A stretch of 64,000 nucleotides of DNA, taken from the IMG/VR virus record IMGVR_UViG_3300048790_000078, positions 1 through 64,000 of that record; one strand, given 5' to 3'. The number at the start of each line of letters is the position of its first letter. The stretch's first letter is position 1. This document shows, piece after piece, positions 16,314-24,700 of this stretch. Origin of the DNA: a virus. The position numbers were made by a program, and so were the translations under genes. A model generated the notes under the pieces. The model ran no database searches and was not told the origin of the DNA. It saw nothing but the letters and a program-made list of their open reading frames with translations.

Positions 16314-18558
16314 GATAACTTTCCTTCGCCGTTGGATTTTGCCAGCCGATATTTCCGTGGAACCCGCTGAAAACGTAAACGTCTGCGGTCTTTGTGTCCG
16401 TGTTGATGATCGTTGCCACCGTCAGGCCTGTGTACTTGCTTCCGGTCGCCTTGCTGGCCTGCTTCACCAGATTGGTCTTACGAAACAGGATCGCTTGCCG
16501 GAGTCGATCATTGAAGATCTTCTTCTCTGCTGCGGTTTTAAGCGCGAGGTAGGCTTTGGATGGACGTCCGATCTTGGCTACCCACTGCTGCGCGCCCTTC
16601 GAATTGCTGACCAGCCCGGCTTTTGATTCGACCAGCTTGTGGTCCGCAATGATGTCCACAGGATCTGAATCGGCTGTCGATTTGCCGGGCCGGAGCGGAC
16701 TCGCCTTCTTGCACCCGGGAATGTATTGCCGCGCGTACTGGATGGCGATCTTCTCTCCAAGTTCGCCGGTGCCGAGTTTGGATGCGCCGGTTTTCAGAGG
16801 AACCGGATCGCCGTGAAACACGCTACTGGCGGCTGGTTTGAGTGTTATGCCTGTCTCGAATGGAGATTCCGCGAACTTGCCGTCCGGCCCGTGGTTCGGG
16901 TTGAACTTGAAAAGCAGCGTGCCTTCGACGGCTTTTTCTGTAATAACCGCTTCCGGGTCGGTCGAAACAATGGTTGCCGCCTCTTCGACTGCGGACATCG
17001 GATAACGGCACTCATGGTCTGCAGGCGCTGCCTTTGTCACCACTTTATCCGACACCGTTTTGCCTGATTTCCAATCCGCGAAGATGGACTTCAAAGGCTT
17101 CAATCCTCCAGTCAAATCTCTCCCTGAAGTGTGCGCCATGAACGCCTCAGCGACCATCTCGCCAGGACTTGTTTTGGCATATTTCGTGAGAGTCCAGTTT
17201 TCTTTATCGGCAAAGACCTTGTTGACCAGCAGGCGATGTGGGTTTTCGATGATTTTCTGCCCTGGGCTCGGGATCGAATGCGAACCGCGTTGACTGTAAA
17301 TCTCGTCGAGATGGTGACCGTACTCGTGGTACAGGACAGCAGACGCCCCCGGGCCCTGCATGCCGCCCGTCTTGAACAGGTCCCGATTTATCTCTATACC
17401 TCCCCATGAAGTATGTCGGCCAGCCAAATCTTCCGGCATATCGGAAGACACAGAAAGTTCCTTTATCGCCGGAGCTTTCGGGTAGTCCTTGCGCAGTTTT
17501 TCAACTGCCCTGACGATAGACTTGGCCCGCCAATCGTCGATATCTCCGAGGTGGACCTTTTGAGCGAAACCCGTCTTTACAATCGCCTTCTCACTGGCAG
17601 AATTACTGCCTCCGCCGCTGGAAAACTCTCCATCGGAAGGGTCATGGTTGGGATTGAACTTCTCCAGTGCGCAGAGCAGCGTCCCCTTCACCGCTGCCGT
17701 GGTCATCTCTTTGCCAGCGCGGATCTCTTCGTCTTCGTCCTCGACGCCGACACCATAGGGGTCTTCGGACCGGTCGCTCGCGGCGGTCTTCGCATTGTCT
17801 GCCGCCGACACGCCGACATCTCCGGCACCGGACAGCGGGCTCGTGACCTGGGGATCGTCGAACTTCTTGCTGCCGATCGACTCCGGAGCCGGCAGGTTGC
17901 CGGGCCGTGTTGTCGGGTTGGTTTCATCCGGCGTCGACTCGATGCCTTGCGTGCTGACTTCCGGATCGCCTGTACCGGGCGCGGAGCATGACTCGCAGGT
18001 CTGTGCCGCTGCTGGCTTTCTTTCGCCGCACTTCGGGCATACGGTTACCGATTTCACCATCTTGTCGTAGGGGAGCGGCCAGGAAGATTTCTGGCGGTCC
18101 ACGTACAGGATTGCCTGTTCGAGTTTGTTGCGCCCGGTGCGCGCACCGGCGGGCCCGGCCTTGATGCTGAGGTATGGCTCGGGGTCGATTCCCGCGCGCC
18201 CGGCGATTCTCCTGATCGAGGCTACCGACAGGCGGGACATCGAAGATCCGCCATACGTGCCGTCTCCGATGAGAGATTCGTCGAGCACGCCAATTGGACG
18301 GGGCGACTTTCTTCCTCCCATGGCAGGTTGGCTTCTGGCTGTAGAAGACCACGCCCGGCTTGATACTTCTTTCAATTCCTCTGAAGTAAACCCACCAGAT
18401 GAGAACTCTCCTTTTTCGTCATGGTTCGGATTGAATTTCTCGACCCCAACACACAGCAGAACCTTGCCGACTGCGGTAAAAACTTCTGGGTGCGCCAGAA
18501 CCGGCACAGGCACGAACTCTTCAGCGAACGACTCGTGGAAACGATCATATTGAGGCAT
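16291..18558 (-). CDS. Multidomain head-associated polyprotein: three FNPNH modules, zinc ribbon, zincin metallopeptidase, PD-(D/E)XK-like nuclease
   Basis: KFNPNH three times; CPKC..CESC; HEYGH..YA....E..AEAF; GELGE..PVD..VESK. Confidence 0.7.
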   Translation of the reverse strand: MPQYDRFHESFAEEFVPVPVLAHPEVFTAVGKVLLCVGVEKFNPNHDEKGEFSSGGFTSEELKEVSSRAWSSTARSQPAMGGRKSPRPIGVLDESLIGDGTYGGSSMSRLSVASIRRIAGRAGIDPEPYLSIKAGPAGARTGRNKLEQAILYVDRQKSSWPLPYDKMVKSVTVCPKCGERKPAAAQTCESCSAPGTGDPEVSTQGIESTPDETNPTTRPGNLPAPESIGSKKFDDPQVTSPLSGAGDVGVSAADNAKTAASDRSEDPYGVGVEDEDEEIRAGKEMTTAAVKGTLLCALEKFNPNHDPSDGEFSSGGGSNSASEKAIVKTGFAQKVHLGDIDDWRAKSIVRAVEKLRKDYPKAPAIKELSVSSDMPEDLAGRHTSWGGIEINRDLFKTGGMQGPGASAVLYHEYGHHLDEIYSQRGSHSIPSPGQKIIENPHRLLVNKVFADKENWTLTKYAKTSPGEMVAEAFMAHTSGRDLTGGLKPLKSIFADWKSGKTVSDKVVTKAAPADHECRYPMSAVEEAATIVSTDPEAVITEKAVEGTLLFKFNPNHGPDGKFAESPFETGITLKPAASSVFHGDPVPLKTGASKLGTGELGEKIAIQYARQYIPGCKKASPLRPGKSTADSDPVDIIADHKLVESKAGLVSNSKGAQQWVAKIGRPSKAYLALKTAAEKKIFNDRLRQAILFRKTNLVKQASKATGSKYTGLTVATIINTDTKTADVYVFSGFHGNIGWQNPTAKESYRGSYQYK

Positions 18559-19906
18559 GGATTACCTTCCCATCGGAGTGCTTTTCGATCGACTTCACGC
18601 GAAGCTGTGTCTTTGGATTGAAGACTATCTCGTTTTCGTCACCGCGTAGCGCCAGGCCGGAATGCCCCTTCGGAACGTCAATTGCGAAGATCACCTTCGG
18701 ATCGTCGCTCATTGGTGAGAGGGCACCAAACTCACTGGCTATCGATGGACTTGTTGACGTGCTGAAGAATCCACGCTTCGTGATTACGTCTCCGACCTTT
18801 ATGCTATTGAGTTCCCCTTGTGTTATTCGCGGGCCATGGAAGACCGTGATGCCTTCCGGAAGGGACTGTTTCGATATTAGTGACTGCAACCGCTCAACGT
18901 GCGCGGCTTCTGAAGCGGCCTGAGAGGCAGTAACCTTCACGGGAGGCTTCGGGGTCCATACGGATTTCCCGTCTGGCCCTGCTTTGTAACTGCCTCCGCC
19001 CTGCCTGGTTGTCTCGCCACGTAAGGAAGCATTCATCCCGCGCCACCCTTCGTCCTGATAGTGGAGCGCGGTTTTAAGTTCCTTGGTGGTGCCTGCGACC
19101 TGGTCGCCGATGATCGAATCTCCGTTACCGAGAAGTTTACGATAAGCGGAATCGGCCGCCGCCTCGTGATTGGACATCGCCTGTTCCACGGTGATGCTGG
19201 CGGGCGAATACGTCTTACTGCCTGAGAGCCCTTCCGAGAAGCGCCCGTCCTGCCCATGATTTGGATTGAACTTCTCAACTCCGGTCGGCCCGGTGAGCAT
19301 GACCTTTGTCTTCGTGCCGTCCTTCGAGGAGATCGTCAGCGAGTCCACTTGCAGCGTGAGGCCGGCGACCGAGTCTTCGCCTATCCACTGATCCGCGGCG
19401 GCCGGGTCGATATAGGCGAGGGTGAGGTGGGGCTGGTACTTGAAGTCCTCGACCGTGAACGCCCCATGTTCCGCGAGCGCGGCGTTGAGGAGAACCAGTT
19501 CGGGCGATTCCACATCCACCACGACAATCGCCGCCCCCTCTGCGCCAACTGCTTTGGCAATGCTGCCGTCCGCGGCGAACACCATCGTTTTCCCGAGCGT
19601 GATTGTGAACGGTGCTTGCTCTGCCAGGAAGGCTGCAATCCGCGTTTCACTTTCCGAGTCTTCGATGCCGTAACGCAATGTGACATGAAGGTTTTCATCC
19701 GGCGTGCGTCCCTTCGCCATCAGGTCTTCGTCCGGGATCTCATCCCGCAGCGCGCGGAGTTGCTGGCCAGCTTCCGATTGCGGATCCACGTCGAACTGCA
19801 CGCTGCCGTAGGAGTACTTCAGGAGATCAAGGCTGCAAAGGAACCCTGTTCCGGTGCCGTCCACAAATGAGACAGACACGTTCTCGACGGCGCAGAGCAG
19901 GCTCAT
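18545..19906 (-). CDS. 2H phosphoesterase (Acb1/LigT-like) fused to an ADP-ribosyltransferase
   Basis: HVTL and HLTL (two HxT motifs); KFNPNH linker; Y..EGW..MN..LR, FSTS and ENE motifs of R-S-E ARTs. Confidence 0.8.
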   Translation of the reverse strand: MSLLCAVENVSVSFVDGTGTGFLCSLDLLKYSYGSVQFDVDPQSEAGQQLRALRDEIPDEDLMAKGRTPDENLHVTLRYGIEDSESETRIAAFLAEQAPFTITLGKTMVFAADGSIAKAVGAEGAAIVVVDVESPELVLLNAALAEHGAFTVEDFKYQPHLTLAYIDPAAADQWIGEDSVAGLTLQVDSLTISSKDGTKTKVMLTGPTGVEKFNPNHGQDGRFSEGLSGSKTYSPASITVEQAMSNHEAAADSAYRKLLGNGDSIIGDQVAGTTKELKTALHYQDEGWRGMNASLRGETTRQGGGSYKAGPDGKSVWTPKPPVKVTASQAASEAAHVERLQSLISKQSLPEGITVFHGPRITQGELNSIKVGDVITKRGFFSTSTSPSIASEFGALSPMSDDPKVIFAIDVPKGHSGLALRGDENEIVFNPKTQLRVKSIEKHSDGKVIHASI

Positions 19907-20124
19907 AAACCGTAAACCCTCCGGTATTTCTGCTTCGTCTCTTCCGAAGTCGGATAGACGCGGTCACCATGGCAGAGCCAGCATGTGTCCAGTTCCGGCG
20001 CGTCAGAGTTGCAGGCTGGACAGAGATTGCGCCTGATCCTGCCCGCAGCCTGCCTGGCAATCAGGAAACGCCGTATGCGCTCGAAAGTCCGCCGCCAAAC
20101 CGAACTGGTGAGTCTCACGGGCAC
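19903..20124 (-). CDS. Small zinc-finger protein
   Basis: CPAC..CWLC. Confidence 0.45.
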   Translation of the reverse strand: MPVRLTSSVWRRTFERIRRFLIARQAAGRIRRNLCPACNSDAPELDTCWLCHGDRVYPTSEETKQKYRRVYGL

Positions 20125-20459
20125 TCCATGTAACCGAATGTCAGCTCATCAGTTGTGGCCGGTGTTCCCTTCCCCCTGAGCAACACGATGCAGCACTCCG
20201 GCGGGCACTCATCGGCGATCTGCGCCCACGTCCGCTCCTCGGTGGAGTTCGTCCGGCGGATGAGTCGGTCAGTCTGTTCGGTTGCCAGTGCCCGGCACCA
20301 GGACGGCCCGACATACGTCACCTTTGGCTGGACAGTGTACGTCTCCCAGAAGTATTTCAGCGCAGCGTCGATCTCGCCGTTGACCCGCTGGGATATGCGG
20401 TCGCGGCGCTCTGGCGGCATGGCGTCGAGCAACTCCGTAAAGTTTCGCGTCCCTTCCAT
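20115..20459 (-). CDS. Hypothetical moron containing an MCP-like segment
   Basis: ALKYFWETY..P...YVG matches the MCP; TACACT 6 nt upstream of ATG 20459. Confidence 0.55.
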   Translation of the reverse strand: MEGTRNFTELLDAMPPERRDRISQRVNGEIDAALKYFWETYTVQPKVTYVGPSWCRALATEQTDRLIRRTNSTEERTWAQIADECPPECCIVLLRGKGTPATTDELTFGYMECP

Positions 20460-20481
20460 GCGTACAGTGTACCCGAAACGC

Positions 20482-20511
20482 AAAACAGCCTCCCGTGTTA
20501 CCGGAAGGCTG
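20482..20511 (-). terminator. Intrinsic terminator
   Basis: CAGCCTTCCG-GTAACA-CGGGAGGCTG followed by TTTT on the minus strand. Confidence 0.65.
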
Positions 20512-20547
20512 CGAGGATTTCAGAATGGCCAAAACCAGCGGTGAGGT

Positions 20548-20829
20548 CTATGCTGACGGTGCCTGAAGAAACGTCACCAAAGCGTTCACGTCGCTTTGAA
20601 GTTGTAGCGCCGAAGGCAGCAGTGCCGCTGAATCGGCGTTCAGTTGAGTGGTGGCTGACGTCAGCCCGGCTTGAGCGGCAGTCAGTGCGGCCTGCGCGGT
20701 GTTAACCTGCGCGGACGCATTGGCTACTGCGGTTTCGTCGTTTGCGATTGCGGTTTGGGCGCTCGCGAAAGTTTGCTCATCGGCAGCAACCGCTGCCAGC
20801 AGAGAAGCAAGAGATGGTGAAGGTGACAT
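20548..20829 (-). CDS. Ala-rich coiled-coil moron
   Basis: TATGCT 7 nt upstream of ATG 20829; terminator downstream. Confidence 0.5.
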   Translation of the reverse strand: MSPSPSLASLLAAVAADEQTFASAQTAIANDETAVANASAQVNTAQAALTAAQAGLTSATTQLNADSAALLPSALQLQSDVNALVTFLQAPSA

Positions 20830-20842
20830 CGGCTTCAGCATA

Positions 20843-21703
20843 TCAGGAAATTGACCGGGCAAGCCCGAAGATCGTCGCGTCCTTCGTCAGATCGAACACA
20901 CTGACGGCCTTCGTTGGTCGGATCGTGGTGGCCTTGCCACCGGTCTCCAGTTCGTCCAGGTAGTCCACGTCGAGGTCTTCGTTGGCGCGGACAGCGCCAA
21001 GCACACACAGGCAGCGCGGGTGGAACGCAGGGCCAAAGCCGAGTCCATTGAAGTTGCTGTCCAGATCGACCACGCCGTAACTTTCTGCTTCGTCACATGC
21101 GCATGGCTGTTCGTGCTCAGGGGACAGGATGACGTACTTCCCGGTGACCACGCCCGACGCGCGCCACGCTGCCAGATGTCCCTTTGTTGCCGCCCGCCGG
21201 CTCTCGTTGTCCGCGATTAGCGCCGACCGCTCCGAAGAAAAAGCGTACTGCGAAAGCAATTCCTCGGTCATCCGCGCCGTGTCGATCTCATCGATCTCGC
21301 CTTCGGTGAAGGCTTCGAGTACGTTCGACACCGCCTTGCCAATTCCCTCTTCGGTCAGATCGGTGATTGGCCAGTGCGCTTCTGGGTCGGCCGCCAGCAC
21401 GCCGTTCAGCCACTGCTTCCCAACCATCGAAGCCGCCCGGTCCTTCGCCCACTTCGCGATTTCGGCTTTGGCTTCGTTCAGGATGGCGGGGTCTTTGATT
21501 CCGAGCTGGCGCAACGCGGCTTCGGCATTGTCGTAGCCGACTTCGGCCAAAGCTTTCGCCACCTGCTCGACGATGGCTTCGAAGGGCTCGTTGATGTCCG
21601 CGATCGCCTGGCCGGTGGCGAAGGCGGCGTCCGGCGTCATCTGCAGGGCCTTGGTCGACGTCTGCGCCGCGGCGTTGCCGGCCCGCAACAGAGCCTGATC
21701 CAC
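20843..21703 (-). CDS. MuF/SPP1 gp7-like minor head protein (frame open up to the portal A9 run)
   Basis: FS.ERS.LIA.NE..RA, AWRASGVV.GK, C.CD, PAFHPRC.C signature. Confidence 0.85.
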   Translation of the reverse strand: MDQALLRAGNAAAQTSTKALQMTPDAAFATGQAIADINEPFEAIVEQVAKALAEVGYDNAEAALRQLGIKDPAILNEAKAEIAKWAKDRAASMVGKQWLNGVLAADPEAHWPITDLTEEGIGKAVSNVLEAFTEGEIDEIDTARMTEELLSQYAFSSERSALIADNESRRAATKGHLAAWRASGVVTGKYVILSPEHEQPCACDEAESYGVVDLDSNFNGLGFGPAFHPRCLCVLGAVRANEDLDVDYLDELETGGKATTIRPTKAVSVFDLTKDATIFGLARSIS

Positions 21704-21750
21704 CGAGGTTTCGATCTGAGCTACCTGATCGGCATCGAGTTCGGGCTCGG

Positions 21751-24700
21751 CTAATAGGGAGTCAGCAGTTTTTTTTTACGGAGAACCTGCTGGCCCGGCG
21801 CCGACAGCAACAGCTTGATCGTGGCTTGTTCGCCCGAGGCCTTCTCCCCTTGCGATTGCTCACCGCCGCCCGCTTCACCAGCGCCAATCTGCTTCTGTCC
21901 TCCGCCTGGCGCTGGTGGATGCAGAGCATTTTGCGCATTCGCCTGCGCCTGAGCGATCCCCGTCGCGAAAGGAGTATAGACGCCGGTTGCACCGTTGAGA
22001 ACGCCTGGTGGCAGGCCGAACGGATCATTGCCATCGTCCTCGCGGACTTCGTCGATCTGCAGCGTGCCGTTCTTCAGCTTGATGTCCTGAATCTGTGCCT
22101 GCTTCAGCGGATCCGGATCGGAGTCGAGATCGAAGTGCGCCGACACGCCAGGGATCTTCATGCCTTCCCGCGCGATCCGCGTCATCAGCGCTTCCAGCCA
22201 TTCGAGGTCGCCCATCGTGCCTTCTTCACGGGCGCTGTCGGCGTTCGACTGAGAGGTCGACCGGTTGAGCTGGCGGATGTAAGGCGTCGGCGAAATGTTC
22301 AGCGCATCGCAGAAGATCCGCGCCAGCCATTCATCGAAGTCGTCCTTCAACATCGCGCCCTTCGTCTCGAATGGCGAGGCTCCGGTGTGCGGGATGAACT
22401 TCACGCGGCGCCGCTTCGCGAGGTTGCCGGCAGCCTGATCGAAGATATCCTGGAATCGGCCGATCTGCAGTTCAGTCCACGTCTCCGGGACCTGGATGAT
22501 CATCTCCGGTGTGTTGCCGCTCGTGAAGTACTCGGTCTGGCTGACCATTCGATTGACGGCCATCACGGCGTAATCGAGACAACTCTGAACAGGAGAATTC
22601 CCACACCAAGATGGCTTGCCGTTGCGACGAACATACACGATTCCGTTCGGCACGGTGACGCAATGTATCGTTCCTGCGTAATGAACGGTCTTGGCGGTGA
22701 CCGACATCGCCGTCGAGTGACGCTCTGATACGACGAAACTTTCCCTACACGCTGACGTATATGGCTTTCCTCCATTTGGGAAAACGGTCTCGCATGGCGG
22801 TCTTCGACGAGTAGATGCCGAGAACCCCAGTTTTTGCGCGATCTCCACAAGGTCGGATTCCAATTTATGGCTAACAGTCGTAGCTCTCCAGGCGCTTCGC
22901 GGGTGTTTCCCGCGCCCTGATTTACTCGGCCTTTTTTCCAGGCCGCCATCTCCGGCCATGTAAAACTCCCAGAAAATACGCAGCTGGCGGGCCGTTGCTC
23001 CCTTAACTGCCAACGGCACATACTTGTCCGCCGCCTTGCCGAACGCTGCAAAGTAGCGCCCGACTTGCGCGTAACTGCAAATAAAGGCGTGCCCGTTGTA
23101 GCCGTCTTTCCCTGTGAGATTGATGCGCTTTAACAAAGCACTGAACACAGGGAACGCGGGAGATTTGGCGTCTTGATTTATTTCGATTCCTCCGGCAGAG
23201 CGCAGATTTCCTTCTGCCAGATATGCGCCAATCAAAGCACAGAAGTCATCGCCGCTTATCGAGAGAGACCGTTCCTTCGGTTTGGTTTTCGGGAAGTCGA
23301 CCATTCCTATCTCGACGCCACCGGACCAGACTGACGTGACGGGAATCTTTCGGACTGGGTTGTTTCCCTTCTGGAGCTCGGCCGCAGTCATTATTTTTTC
23401 GTAACGGCGACTCGTCTCCAGCCTGCCTGTCGGAGCCTCCACGAGCATTCTGTGCTCCGGCGTCACCATGATGTCCATGGATCGAGCGGTAAAGTGAATC
23501 ATCTCGCCGTCTCTGTCGTAATGGTGAATCGCGCTCGGGCGCTCCCATTCAAATTCTTTCGTGAGGGTGTTTCTGGTAGCTACCCGCTCCCCGTGCAGCA
23601 GATTCCGAAATAGTTGAAAACCTCTCGTCTCGGTCAGGATTTCCGTCTGATCGTCGTAACACTGCCCGTAAAGGAATGGCGCGCGCGGGTTTTGCACCGA
23701 ATAGAACAGCGGCATGCAGGTGCCGTCAACGCTCCGACCGTTCACGACGATCGTGTGATACCCATTCGTCTGGCACGACGGGCACTCGCCGGAGGTCATG
23801 TTCACCGATGGAGAATTACCGCACCACGCCGGTTTTCCGTTTCGACGCACATAGAGATTGCCATTCGGGACTGTCGCGCAATAGACCATGCCTGAGTAAT
23901 CAACGGTGCTTATATCTGGCAGGCATGTCTCTTTTTGAGACCGGAAACCTACGACGTAGTGGACTCCGCGATTGATCACGCGGCGTTCACCGTCTTCGAA
24001 AATTTCACTCTGTGTCGCCGGCTCTGTCCTGATAGAAGCCGACTTTCCAAGCTTAAGGGCGATCTCCTGAATTTGATCCGCAAGGCGCTTGCTGCTGGTC
24101 GAACATCGATCACGTCCAGCGTGCCCATCACCGAGGTGGAAGAATCTCCAAAAAATTCCCAGTTGCCTGCGCGTTGCGTTCATAACAACGTCCGGAATCC
24201 ACTTGTCGGTGGCGTGACCGAACTGCTTCAGATAGCGAATTAAGCTGACGGAATTGAAGACGTATGAATTTTCAATCCTACGCGTCCTGTTGCCTGTCAC
24301 TCGCTTCAGAAGTTCACCGTATTCGATGTCTCCGCGTCCGCCGTGGATTTGTGAAATAGCAACGACTGCGCCGCGAGGATCATCATTGCACGATCCCTCT
24401 GCCATGTAAGCCCCCATGAAGGCGCAGAAATCGTCTCCAGACATCGTGATCGGCAGGATGTCTTTTGGTTGGCGCCGTCTTCCACGAACAGAAATTACGG
24501 TAACGGCTTGATGCGCGGCGGCGAGGCTCAGCCCACACTTGGCTGCGATCTGCGAATACGAATCGCCGGCAGAGCGAAGATCCACGGCTTTCTGATCGAC
24601 AACAAGCCGAGCGAAATGCTTGTCGTCTTCGCGGCGGGGGAATCGCTGCGGGCCAATTTCAGTGCCATCCCATCCCGCCGTAAGCGGTACCCGTGTTGAA

